A DNA stretch of 63,978 nucleotides, filler included, from Licmophora abbreviata (lineage: Eukaryota): NCBI GenBank assembly GCA_900291995.1. It is 10 parts of 10 records of this genome, joined end to end, with 100 filler letters (N's around TTAATTAATTAA, not from the genome) between each part and the next. Parts side by side here need not be neighbours in the genome. Positions count along the whole stretch, not along the records: positions 14,355 to 30,649 come from OLMU01005259.1; positions 30,750 to 38,164 come from OLMU01005263.1; 8 more parts are not named here. The stretch is one strand, 5' to 3'. This document shows, piece after piece, positions 25,901 to 37,600 of this stretch. Position 1 is the first letter of the stretch. Every line of letters begins with the position of its first letter. The position numbers and the translations under genes were made by a program. The notes under the pieces are model-generated. The model was not told where the DNA came from, did not search any database, and saw nothing but the letters and a program-made list of their open reading frames with translations.

Positions 25901-28180
25901 CTCCGAGCAAGAGCCTGTGATCTGCTCGTCGCGCGTGACGCACCATGCACGGCTGACGGCGAGGTTTTGCAAAGGGTGTACCAATCACTGCGCACAAAGA
26001 GTGAAGGGATGCCGGCGCTTACCGCACTAGACGAGAGCAGCGATAGCCGAGATAGACTAGTGGCTTTTCTCCAGCAACTGGTTTGCGACGACCGACCTGT
26101 TCCAGCGCCGGAAATTGTCCGGCTGGCCATGCAACCGACAGCAAGCCTTATCTTTCTTCCGTTGGCTCTCTCTCAGCAGCGGTCTCATGATGGTACTAGA
26201 GCCGCTTTGGTGGCTCTCGCTGAGTCAATGCTCCGAATTTCAAATTTAACTCGCCGTCTCTCTATTTTGGAGCGGCACACTGAGTTTGGAAACCACTGTG
26301 ATTCATCCGAAGGCCTCAACTTCCTTCTCACATATATCGAGGAGACCATAACTGAGATGACTCATCTTTTTCCTTCAGACGTGTACCAATCAATGGACGA
26401 ATACTCTTCCCTCTGGTCGTTTCTGTTTCGACATTCCTGTTTGGCGCGCGACTGGACGAAGGCCTACTATGCATGCATGAATCATCCAGTCCACGAGCAG
26501 AAGGTCAAAAGCTATTCTAGCCTCGTGACAGCAATGGTGGATGCTGGAGCATTGCACAAGCTCATTCACCTCTCGTCGGGTACCACCGGAAGGGCCGTAT
26601 CGCAGGCTGACGTCGAAGGGGTAAATGACTGTGTGGATCTATACGAAATCGTGGAGGAGGCTCTCGCGCAAGCAAAAGGAAGCGATTTCTTTTCATCGCA
26701 GTCGCTTGGTCGGCAGATGGATTACCTCGGATATCTTTATGCGGTACACGCCTCGAAGGGGAACTGGAAGAGGGCCGCACAGGCGATGGAGGCGCGTCAT
26801 GATATCGTGAAGGCCGCGCTTGCTTCGTCGGACGAGAACCGATACGCTGATCCCGTCGACGAAGTTGCCGGGCTGAATGATCTTGTTCTGACATCGCTTG
26901 TAGCCGCAAATGCTATACAGCTAATCAATGATCCTTCAAACCGCTTCCTTGTGGCGGGTGAAGTTGACCCGTACCCTCTCCTTCCTTTCCTCAATCCGCC
27001 GGGGGACAGCACCGAGAACCGCACGAACCAAATGAAGAAGAGGGAAAGGGAAGAACTTAGCCAGCAAACTCTCACGCCATTCAAGGTATTCCAGCAGGAT
27101 ACGACACGTACGGATCCAGGTAGCCGTCTCTCTCGATTTGTCGCAGCTGTCGATCTGAACTATCGCGCTACGCAGGAAATCTCATGGAAGACGCTTTCTC
27201 TGGACGGTTCTGAGGCGTCGTCGGACGAGGGCAGCATTGCATCAGCCGATGATGATTACGTGCTTGTTGTTCGCCTCGCTTCAATGGGATACTTTACACA
27301 AGCCATTCGGCTCGCAAGCTCGGTCAGTCGAACCCGCAAGACGCTTTCAGGAAGCGGCGGAACAGGCGGTCGAGAGTGGCTCCTAGACTCCATCAGCTTC
27401 CTACTTCGTTCGCATATAATTCCGATGGCAATCGACTCAAACCCGTGGGTGCAGCGTTCGGATGGTAGCATGGATATAGAAAACCCTCCGACAACCACGC
27501 GGACGCTCTCACAGCTACTTGACGCAGCCGACGCGATATCTGGAAACTTGTGTTATTCGGTTGTGCCAACGTGGGGACATGGGGCACGCCAATCGGATTT
27601 TGCCAGTACCATCGCTGCTGGGAACCTTATTCGGCTGCTGACGACGTCACATGCAGCCATGTACCCTTCGCTTGTCACAGAAGTTGCGGAACGCTTCCTT
27701 GATCTCAGTGCTGAGCTACCGAGCTGGCTGGAGAGTCTACTCTTAGGGGCAAGCGCAGAAACAAATAGCCTTGCCGGATTGTTTGGCCGTACTCCTAAGA
27801 GTGGAAGTCGCTCGTACCCTGGAGATGCGTCGGCTTTGCTTGGGTTCTACATGAAGCGAGCAATGTACAACGAGGCTTGCGCGGTTGTATCTAAGACGAT
27901 GCTCGGTCTTCACCGCAGCACTAGTGGAGAGGCTTGTCGGGAGTCACTTGCTCCATCGAGGCTTCCAGAGACAGGCGACTTGGATTTCGTTCCGTACGGG
28001 AAAATCGATCAGCTGTGGAGCATTGTCGAGCAGCTTCTCCACGATAGCCGAGTCAAGGATGGTGACAAGGCGAAGCTCAAGTGGTCGCGCCGCGACATGG
28101 AGACGGCCCTAGAGAAGCATTTCGAGCTTCTGAAGATAAGTGAGATGGGAATGCAGAGCGCTCGAGCACTGGTGGCCTAA
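22964..28180 (+). CDS. NUP160: Nucleoporin Nup160/Nup120-like
   Basis: 1738-aa ORF with a beta-rich N-terminus (IFTLHSNATLRRWRL) and a helical C-terminus. LWSFLFRHSCLARDWTKAYYACMNHP and YLGYLYAVHASKGNWKRAAQAM resemble Nup160 motifs. Confidence 0.75.
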   Translation: MDRTLTETPLVYPSYPVPVGKRYIVNDVEGTVSSVSSWSRDAALFYYGGSDQLLGSASISELSNQMTVTTCALPVDPKILSVTLTQNQRVHDRIELDLGQAGLYGLHGVPTVKVQCCSDRLVFVDARGLVLVVNLHIDTNMHFNLNSCCVISIPELLQDEYIGAEISSSMVAFPSSRYVLVAMSPFLVMVDLKEQDIEMWSQTQTLQDMKSRTGGILAKASDLILGRSADAMDEDVLDMPPISALCLAKEQDSSCYIFTLHSNATLRRWRLDAQETTPSEVVLLTLPIDRTLPPSSQWSETSSAVALTARVYADSVCAVAIYIKTSSDQDDNTLTALLTSATVRPEDADSTRSLEVPEDMASLVGMEFSSSTRCSLTALMKTDDDTVAFVYYPPSYLSMVSAEPTVTRSTFDRLAQSEQERIWKLSFPISPATDFDEEMHRMDKFYMQRLFRPLYPRGDGTVTAPLAETVRAALVKIVPDPRRHERIEEGCSLELETLLAIQDWRRKEHHQGSTPTRRRREDSATSWTPTSIYDSYVARSDEDADYMDDEVSEAQNLEEESRIAQLQRHEKRWQKLLTAVFEQEQRNRTPLGWSGGIILRAGVTSSLQETREADQESTTWDILDDAAFRVLHIVQQNPDLSSRLLTLEAKLSEIVAHATLALGMPSAGLEMRNELDAISSSAAQEDLLNLPTLVESTKGVSNDDLLSWLEDGLQSSVYRNLPGVQSISLECSNRAAQISRTTAMADCQTRHAACSLYIQCADSLRQLRLGRCLLLLSLKESQNVATVAFREYLLTLAVLWTSAQMVPLPTTGMHATERVEIRIGGLNTSPSPRPKKRLSFSHGTESILQSDAKLNMTTALDVRMIRLSQEMEDMPSAADLASAAYTSTFLVSRSPQSIPEGFSGLLPELGLLPIPSDRSVTSDFPRLALRLMSPFLAFPPTNDSVHTTFARKEAIAECLLIEANAVAQIESLSESECDVLRARACDLLVARDAPCTADGEVLQRVYQSLRTKSEGMPALTALDESSDSRDRLVAFLQQLVCDDRPVPAPEIVRLAMQPTASLIFLPLALSQQRSHDGTRAALVALAESMLRISNLTRRLSILERHTEFGNHCDSSEGLNFLLTYIEETITEMTHLFPSDVYQSMDEYSSLWSFLFRHSCLARDWTKAYYACMNHPVHEQKVKSYSSLVTAMVDAGALHKLIHLSSGTTGRAVSQADVEGVNDCVDLYEIVEEALAQAKGSDFFSSQSLGRQMDYLGYLYAVHASKGNWKRAAQAMEARHDIVKAALASSDENRYADPVDEVAGLNDLVLTSLVAANAIQLINDPSNRFLVAGEVDPYPLLPFLNPPGDSTENRTNQMKKREREELSQQTLTPFKVFQQDTTRTDPGSRLSRFVAAVDLNYRATQEISWKTLSLDGSEASSDEGSIASADDDYVLVVRLASMGYFTQAIRLASSVSRTRKTLSGSGGTGGREWLLDSISFLLRSHIIPMAIDSNPWVQRSDGSMDIENPPTTTRTLSQLLDAADAISGNLCYSVVPTWGHGARQSDFASTIAAGNLIRLLTTSHAAMYPSLVTEVAERFLDLSAELPSWLESLLLGASAETNSLAGLFGRTPKSGSRSYPGDASALLGFYMKRAMYNEACAVVSKTMLGLHRSTSGEACRESLAPSRLPETGDLDFVPYGKIDQLWSIVEQLLHDSRVKDGDKAKLKWSRRDMETALEKHFELLKISEMGMQSARALVA

Positions 28181-28284
28181 AATATGTAGGTTCTCGAAGA
28201 CTTAGGACGTTGGAAATTAGTACTTACAAGCAGTCGACAATATCTTCGTACCAGGTAGTATCGAGTTCGAGCTTTCGCTATCGC

Positions 28285-30391
28285 TTACTTTTCGGGCATG
28301 GGTAGGCTTTCTGTCCTGGATGATGCACCGAATAGACCCATCAGTCCCTTCTTCCGAAATGCCTTTGGTAGGTCCGTATTGACAAACGATACCTGTCCAT
28401 TCGTCACAAGGTGATGGAACGTTTCATAGTCGTCCGGGTCTCTATTAGCATAGCCCCAAACACCCACAGAACAAGTCGCCGCCATTGCATTTAGAGCAGA
28501 CGTTCCCGTGGGATCCAACATTTCCTTCTGGAACTGCATGTATACACCGTCCAACGCGCCATTCTCTCGATGCAGCCACCCCGCAATTTTGCTCATATCT
28601 TCCACACCGACTTGAAGCTCGCACGGAATCTTTGGTTTGTCATATACTGTCAACAACATGAGGCTTGGAATAATCCGCCTAGGCACGTCTGTCGTGGTTT
28701 CCCTCGGCGAAGAGCCGTTTGACGAAGATGCTACCGCGCAAACTGGCGGACTGGCCGAAGATGCCGTAACAGCAGCCAATTTCGACGATGGCGACATTGG
28801 CCCATTTGGGAGTGACGTGTGCATGCTTAATTTTGGTGATGAGGCTAATGGAGGCAACATTGGTGTCGTTGTAGGTGACTTGATCCTGGGCGAGGGTATG
28901 AGAGGCGCACATGCTGCTTGTGCTGCAGTTGCAGAGTCGCTGGCTAAGTCGCGATCGCTTTGACGCGTGCTCAACGACAGGCCGACGCCGAAGTGATCGA
29001 AAGAGTCACGGCTGCAATAAAATAAATGAATAGGACAACGGCCGTGAGATCCTAAAACACAAGCAGACTGGCCAAATTAAGCCACTTGGTACAACTTACT
29101 GCTGTCCCAGCGGCACAAAACCGCCAATGTCACCCCCTGTTACGTCCGCTGGGTCAACCAGCAACGATAAGTTTCCTAAGCTCATCGTGGATCGATGGCC
29201 AGGTCGCAGACTCCCACTAGACCCTCCTCCTTCCAATACGGCTAAGTCATTTCGCAAGGTATGCATCGCATACAAGTCAAACGACATAATGACGGCGCAC
29301 TGTGCCATCAGATCCGGATGCCGAATAAACAGTCGGGCAAGCGCTTTGGCGGCATCATTGTTTCCAGGTTTGATTTCAATAATCAACTGCGAATCCCCTC
29401 CAATCGCACGGGCACTTCGCAACACATCAATGAGCAATGGGGGACGAATCCCACTCTTGAGCGGCAAACTAATCAATTCTCGAAAAGTCATGTCACGTAC
29501 GTGACAGTTGTACATGGGCGAGTCCTTGTCGAGCGCCAAACGTGAAAAATCCTCATCATGGGCTAGCACCAACTTCTCGTCTCGGGTCAATGCGATGTCG
29601 CATTCACACAAGTGAATACCATTGGTCCATGCCGCTTCGTACGCCTGAAGCGAATTTTCCAACGGTCTCCTATCGCTTAATCCCTGCGGGTTGTGGAAGC
29701 CCCGATGAGCGACGATGCGAGATACTTCGTCCTTTCGTAGGGACTGTACCAGACTTTTAAGCCAGGCAAGTTCCTCCTTGCGCCTTTCCACTGCGGCATC
29801 ATGCTGTCGACCTCTACGCTGCTGCTGTACATAATCAGTTGAACACTCATCATCGTCTTCGCCATCATCTTGTCCCAAGGCATGGCGTAAGACACTCAGA
29901 CCGTCTTCGAGCGTTGGCTGCCCGACAATGAAGTTGGAAGCATACAATTTCGGCAGCAGTCTGAGACTCAATTTCTCCTTGTGTAGTTTATCAAATTTCT
30001 TCACGAGTTTGCGCAGCGCTTCCGCATTGGTCAGAGATGTTTCATAGATGGCGTTGATGCTGGTTAGCAGTTCCTGTGATGCCTGCATGCCTGCATGGAA
30101 AAAGTAAAGGCGAAATGCCTTGTCGGGAGAAGCACCTCGTGCTTCCAATTCATTTCCCGCAATTCCTTGAAACACGCGTTCCCACAATAGGCACATCGCC
30201 TCATCAAAGTCCTCCCTCGCCTTTGCAAGACATTCATTCCATTGATTCTCGAAAGTCTGGGTGCAAATTTCGCTACTTACAGTCTCGCCCTCGATAAATT
30301 CATCGCGAACTTGTCGATACGGAACAACGTACAACTTGCTTCCCTGATTTTGATTCAGAAATGCTGCTACGTGCACACCAAATTTGACCAT
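28285..30391 (-). CDS. SPX domain + glycerophosphodiester phosphodiesterase (GDPD) protein. Exons 30391-29100 and 29011-28285
   Basis: MVKFG start and NAEALRKLVKKFDK (SPX). IVAHRGF, ENSLQAY, ECDIALTRD..VLAHD, IIEIKP and VSFVNTDLP (GDPD). Confidence 0.9.
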
Positions 30392-30768
30392 TGTTAATCT
30401 GAAGTACCAGCGGAGCGAGGAAATGCAACATGATCGATGCGCAACAATCAACAATCAACAATGCGCCCTCCATGAGGCCTGATGAGGGTCGGTCTTATCG
30501 AGTGCGAAGCTTCGCATTCTTCGTACAAATGACGTCATTCTCAGCGCGCGAAGAATTTTCCTTTATCTTCGCACCCTTGGCACACAACCAACAGTCGAGC
30601 TGCTCTGCCGTTTCTGGCCTCTTTGTATCTTCCTTGTTCGTCCCTTGATNNNNNNNNNNNNNNNNNNNNNNNNNNNNNNNNNNNNNNNNNNNNTTAATTA
30701 ATTAANNNNNNNNNNNNNNNNNNNNNNNNNNNNNNNNNNNNNNNNNNNNCCCAAAGGAAAAAGCCACC

Positions 30769-31608
30769 GTGAAAGCACAAGTGCTGGAAGCAGTCAAAGA
30801 ATTTACATCTTACCTACGCGAGTTCCCTACGGAAAGGAACAAGATCCGCAGAGAAGGGACCGAGCATATATTCACGCCAGGCGCCAAGGACGACAGGGTG
30901 TACACAGAAAAGGACTTTCCGCTGATGCAGGGCCTGACAACCATCTTTGGAAATCCACAATCTAGTGAAAACGAAAAACTTCGCCAGCAACCAAAGACAA
31001 TGTCGAAGAGTTACCAGACACCGGCAAAACAGCAACACCAGGACGACAGCTTGACCAAGACACTTTCGTACGCTCACGCCGCTGGAAGCACAGTTGTCAC
31101 ACCCTCATCAATCACGTCACCCGGCAATACCGTATTGGAAGAACTGACGACCAAGCTGACAAAGATGAATGAGGAGTCTAGCGCCAAAATCAAAGCATTA
31201 GAAACGAAGTTTTTCACAGAATTGCAAAAGGTACAGGAAGCCACAGCAACATTGCAACAAGAGTACAAAATGGAATCAGACGGTTGGAAACAGACAATGG
31301 AAACGGCTATGACAAACCAAGCCGCGATGATGGACCAACTCAGCGGCCAAATGTCACTTCTCCTTGATCAGATTTCTCCGAAAGCATTCTCCCCCGTCCG
31401 TCCACAGGGTAAGAAACCACGTAAGACGGCCACACCAGATAGGAGCCAGAACAGGTTCTCCCCCCTGACAGAGACAGACGAGATCATGTCGGAAGCCGAC
31501 AATACAAAAGACGACTACATCACCGACATCAACAAGCCAGTCCATCCCATGATCGACACCAGTGAGCCACCGCGCGACACCACGAGCCGCGGAGGCATCA
31601 CAAAATGA
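30769..31608 (+). CDS. LINE ORF1, C-terminal part (coiled-coil region); 5' end lost in the gap
   Basis: Open frame directly upstream of ORF2 with a heptad-like region (LEELTTKLTKMNEESSAKIKALETKF..LQQEY), an SYA motif and QNRFSPL; same compositional bias as ORF2. Confidence 0.75.
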   Translation: MKAQVLEAVKEFTSYLREFPTERNKIRREGTEHIFTPGAKDDRVYTEKDFPLMQGLTTIFGNPQSSENEKLRQQPKTMSKSYQTPAKQQHQDDSLTKTLSYAHAAGSTVVTPSSITSPGNTVLEELTTKLTKMNEESSAKIKALETKFFTELQKVQEATATLQQEYKMESDGWKQTMETAMTNQAAMMDQLSGQMSLLLDQISPKAFSPVRPQGKKPRKTATPDRSQNRFSPLTETDEIMSEADNTKDDYITDINKPVHPMIDTSEPPRDTTSRGGITK

Positions 31609-34600
31609 CCCCTGGGAGCTTCAGACAACGACAAACCATCACGCATCATCGACCATTCACATTGCCACCAGAATTCACCCAGCATCATAACACCCAACAA
31701 GTACCCAATTTCCACACACCACCACTGACACACATCGACGAGATCAGCATATTTAATGACAACAACACCGACAACAACACCGACAGAATGCCTATCGTCC
31801 TCACTTCCCAAACAAAAACAACAAACACAACCAAGACAAACTACGACAGACGGAACACAAACCATGTGAGAGCACCGACACTGCAACACCGGATTCCATC
31901 GCACCGAAAACCCAACAAAGAACCGACCCAACAAGCGCCCAAGGCAACCCAAGCATTCAAGGACGACAGAATATACGGCGACACGTTGACTCAACCAAGA
32001 CCCAACAACACAATACGGATCGTTGTGCAGAACACCAACGGACTAAGGATTACTCACGGAGACCGCACGGACTTACAATACACTTTTGCCAGTCTCCAGG
32101 GCATCCAAGCGGACGTTTTTGGACTTACGGAAACCAATGTAGATTGGAAGAATCCAATGATAAGAGCCGACTATAGACAAATTGCAAACAAAGCATGGCA
32201 ACAGTCAAAATCGTCACTTTCGACAAGCAAGACGCGAGCCAAGCATGGCTACTATCTCCCAGGCGGAACCACCACCACAGCAACGGGGAAATGGAGCACA
32301 AGAACAGTCGCCACAGGATACGACGACATAGGCAGATGGAGCTACATTACAATGATGGGGCAGAAAGAGAGGCGAATCACGATTATCACAGCATATAGAG
32401 TATGCGAGCAACGGCCGCCGACACACCGACAGAAAAATACCAAACAACGAGCAACACAGGGAATGACGACGGCGTATACACAACAGTATATTCAACTGGT
32501 GGAGGATAGAGGCATGGAAGACCCCGACCCAAGAGAGGCCTTCGTACAAGACATTATTCAGTTTATCAAACAAAAAGAGCAACAAGACCACGGCATCATC
32601 CTGATGGGCGATCTAAACGAAGCACTGACGCCAGGCAACCACCGCGGAGCAAGCCGGATCCTCCAGGAATGCTCACTTATCAACCTCCTAGAACTTCGCC
32701 ACATGGAACCTACCCCGGCGACGTATATTCGAGGGTCCGCTACGATTGACCATATCCTTGGAAGCCCTGACATTGCGGACCACGTTATACGATCAGGTAT
32801 GCTACGATTTCACGAATGCATCTTTTCCGACCATAGGGCGCTGTACGTCGATATCAACCATGAGACCCTATTTCAAGGAAAACAGATGGAAGATCAAGTG
32901 GATAGAAACAATCGAAGACTCATCTCCAGCAACCCAACGGCAGTGACGAAATTTTTGAAAGTTACAGGACAATACTGGAAAGATCACCGTATAGCGGAAC
33001 GACAGGCCATACTACGGCACGACTCTACAACACTCTCTCTCACGGATTTAAAGAACAGACACTCCAGCATCGATCGGGACATTGGGCGCTCAATCCGAAT
33101 GGGAGAAAAACGTCTCGGCAGACGCCACCAAGGCAGCTGGTGGTCTCCAGCACTCACACGTGCAGCGAAAACAGTCAAATACTGGAAGATTCGGGTGTCA
33201 GAGGTTAAAAACAAACAGTCATCCCAACAGGCTAAAGAGAAAATAAAGAAGGAAGTGACCATTGAGGATACCAACGATAACGGATGGCAGTATCTGACAA
33301 AACAATTGAAAGAGGCATGGCAACATTGGAGACTGGCCAAGAATGAAGCCGCACAACTCAGAGACGATCACCTCACGGAACGGGCAAACGCTTACATAGC
33401 CAAAGGAAACATGACCGTCGCTCAGGCCGTTCAACATATAAGAAATGCAGAACATCGACAGGAGGCATTCCGCCGCATACGGACGACTTTGAAACCTTCC
33501 CAATCTGGTAACTTCGCATGGCTTGAGACCTTCAACACGCATACCAAACAGTGGGAGACATGCACCAACGGTGAGACAATACAAAACAAGATCCTGGAAC
33601 GGAACCTAAAGCACTTCCGACAAGCAAACGACTCGACCTTCGCGAACCCTACCATGGCGCACAGAGTAGGCCGATCAGGCCTCAGTCGCGCTGCAGACGA
33701 TATCCTACGCGGCCAATTTAGCACGTCGACACCGGCACAAACTTCAGCTCTACAGGCTTTTCTGAAAGCATTCCAAGCACCTCCCGAAATTTTAGACGAT
33801 TCCGCCATCGGTAAAACAACTATCTCTCCTCAGGAGTTTGCGACAGGGATAAGGCGTTGGCGCGAATCGACCAGCACTTCCCCATCAGGCCGACACCTCG
33901 GAATATACAAAACAATGATCAAAGACGAGACGATGCTACAAGTGCTGACAGACATGGGAAACCTCTGCTTTGAGAACGGATTCGCGGCAGAAAGATGGTT
34001 GGTTACAATACAATGTGTGCTGGAAAAAGATCAAGGCAGCCCACGACTCCATCGAGTCCGCATCATACACCTCCTCGAAGCCGATATGAACCTGTTTCTA
34101 AAGATACATTGGTCAAGACGAATGATCACAAATGCGGAGCAACATGGCTGGCTGAACAATTCACAACATGGCGGACGACCAGGACATCTGGCTACGGATC
34201 CCACTCTCATACGACTCCTAAACTGTGATCTGAGTCGACTGACAGCAACTTCCTTAGCCCTGGCAGACAAGGACGCCATGGCGTGCTATGACCGGATGGT
34301 CAACTTCGTGATGTTCGTGGCAAGCAGAAGACTGGGCGTTCCCAACAAGGTAATTCAAACCTTTCATGACGTCCTCGCTAACATGACATACCACGTAAAA
34401 ACAGCACACGGCGTCTCGGCGAAGTCATATCAAGGAACAACCCAAAACCCCACACAAGGACCAGGACAAGGTTCAAGCAACGGGCCGGCACTCTGGACAG
34501 CGACATCTTCCCCCATGCTGGAGGCGCTTACACAGGAGACCCTAGGTATGAAATGGCAGGACCCCACTCAGTCGATCTCGTTGACGACACATGCCATGAT

Positions 34601-37600
34601 GTTTATCGATGATCAGAATTCAGGAGTGAACGCAAACCATCAAACAATTCAACAACAATACGATCCAACCCAAGCGCTTATCAACCAGATGGAACATACA
34701 GTTGAAACATGGAATGAGCTCCTATGGCATTCAGGAGGGGCATTGAATCCCATCAAATGCTACTGGTTTCTACTGACGTATGAACTTAACGGCAAGAACC
34801 TCCCACAATTGACGACAGAGGATACACACCAAAGGACACTCACTATTACCGACTACCAGCAGGACCAACCGGTGCAGATACAGAGGATCAAGACACAGGA
34901 CGCTAGACGCACACTAGGAATTCGGGTTACAGGGGACGGCAAATACGGCGCACAACACCAATTTCTAAAGGAAAAGGCTGAGATTATGGCAAAACGTCTC
35001 TTACGATCAGGCTTATCACGGGCGGCGGCATGGACAGCGTACCTGGCGGTCTACCTTCCGGCTATGCAATTCTCACTTTCGGTGGTACCATTGACAGCAA
35101 CACAGGCTAACGAAATACAGATGAAAGCGACCGCGGCATTTCTGGCGAAGACAGGTACCAACCGGAACATGCCACGCGCAGTGGTATACGGACCCGTGGA
35201 GTCGACTGGTTTAGGCTTTCGAGACCTATACGTCGAATCCGGAATCCTACGAATCATGTACTACATCGGACATATGCGGAAAAGAACGGAGATCGCAACG
35301 CTCTTGGAGATTCAACGTCGAACCATACAACTGTGCGCAGGCGTCGGCTTCGACATACTACAAGACACTTCCACCAAGATCCATTATATCGACCAAACGA
35401 ACTGGCTGATGCAACTGCGGAACTTCCTCGGTGATCACGACCTTAGTTTGCACCACACCTCCACCTGGAATATACAAAGGCAACGGGAAGGCGACAAGTT
35501 CTTGATGGACATCTTCCGCCATGAGAAATACAGGAAAACGGACATGACACACCTCAACTACGTACGACTCCACCTGAAGGTATGTATGCTCTCTGACATT
35601 ACAACAGGCGACGGAAAATCACTGGTCGACGCATTCATTGACGGTAAACAAAGCGAACATTGGAGATCCAAAATACAATGGCCCAGATATGAATGGTCTC
35701 CCAGTGCACACCAACTGAAATTATGGAGTCGTGCCCTCGGACACCTGACACGTTCCAGAAGCGACCATACTCTAGTTGAACCACTAGGAAGATGGCTACC
35801 AGTGGAACGCCACCTCTCATGGAATGCACAGTACGACCATCAAAGGGACAGCCTACAGTATACGACAAACGGACGACGACAAGCAATTCCGCGACTTGTT
35901 ACACGCACGAGGAACCGAGGCTTGAGCAATCTATTCTTCCGCCAGACGGACTCAGAAATCGAACATCTACCACATCCTACGACACCAACACCGATGACAC
36001 CAACCACGCGTCATCCAACTTCGAGACCAGGGATATTCAAGGCATCTACGGCACAACTCATGCCAACAAGACACTACCAGAAACCAACGACATTCAAACA
36101 ACATATCCGGACTCTCCCAAGTCCCATTGCCAGATGGATACAAAGCTTCGAAATTCCCAACCAAGACCACCTGGATCAACTTCTACGATCCAGGCACCCT
36201 TTATTTCTGGCCACAGACGGGTCCAATCTGTTCCCAAACGCTTCGTTTGCATTTAACATCGCCGACACCTCAGGACGGATATTAATACGAGGCTTTGGCC
36301 CTGTGGACGGCAACCCAGTCTTCATGTCATCGCTTCGACCAGAACTCTACGGCATAGGTAGCGGCTTGACCTTCATTGAACAATACTGCAAATTTCACGG
36401 AATCCCGACACAAGCAATCAGAATCAAGAACCTATCAGACAGCAAGGCAGCTATACAAAGATCATCAGTAGCGAACTCGCAACTCAGAAGTATCTTCGAT
36501 CACATGAATGAATTCCAAAGATCGAGAATCATCAGTGTTTCAAAGCTCACCATGCCAGAAGAGGACGTAGTATGCGAGATACGAGAGACACTGCTCCGAA
36601 TGCAACCTGACATTACATTCGAATGGATAAAAAGCCATCAGGACGACCTCACACCGACACAGAAGATGTCCGTAGAAGCACAACTCAACATAATGGCTGA
36701 CCACGACGCGGGCCAATACAGGAAATACAATCAGATCGGACATCGAAAGACACAGCCGGCTCTCCACTTTCCAGGCGCAGTTGTCAACCTCCGTATCTCA
36801 CACCGCATCGCCACAACGAAGATTCCGGCACAAATCCGACAACACATACGGGGAGCCATCATGGGCACATACATGCAGGAACGATACGACTGGTCGACCG
36901 CAACATGGAACACGATCGACTGGCAAACAATAGGACAATGCTTCAAACAGCTCACGCTCAACGAACGAGTGAACACGGCGAAAATGATACACGGCTGGAG
37001 AAACTCAGGAAAGCAGCGCCGCCGTATCGATCCCAATGCCACCGACCGATGCCCGTCATGTCACGCAAGGAACGAGACACCAATGCACATAATGAGTTGC
37101 CAAGCAGAAGAGAGAAAGACCAAAAGAGAAAAAGCCCAGAGAGAACATATCACGAGCACTCTGCTAGCAGGTGAGACGGCGCGACCGATTTACCACACTA
37201 TCACCACAGCGATTCAGTCTTGGACCACATCACCAAGTGACAGCCCTATTCCGATTCCAGAACCATCAACGGACGATCCCCTACAAGCAACACTCTCGTT
37301 AGCAATTGCTGAACAAAACATTATCGGCTGGGAAATGTTCATGCGAGGCATCATTTCCAAAGAATGGGCAGGAGCACAACGGATATACCTTCAGGATAGA
37401 TTCCCAACGACCGGATTACAGAAGCTCCTTACATGGCGACGCAAACTAATACGGGCGTTATGGCAATTCGGGGAACAAGAATGGCAAGCCAGAAACGACG
37501 ACCTACACGATGACGATGACTCCTCAACACGTCGAAAGAACAAAAGGATGATACAAATGTACTTCGGAATCCAAGAGGAGTACAGCGAACGCGATCGACA

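Noticed and set aside
30465..30520. CTGATGAG with flanking hairpins as a hammerhead ribozyme upstream of the LINE
   Set aside because: No stem II followed by GAAA; the catalytic core is incomplete.
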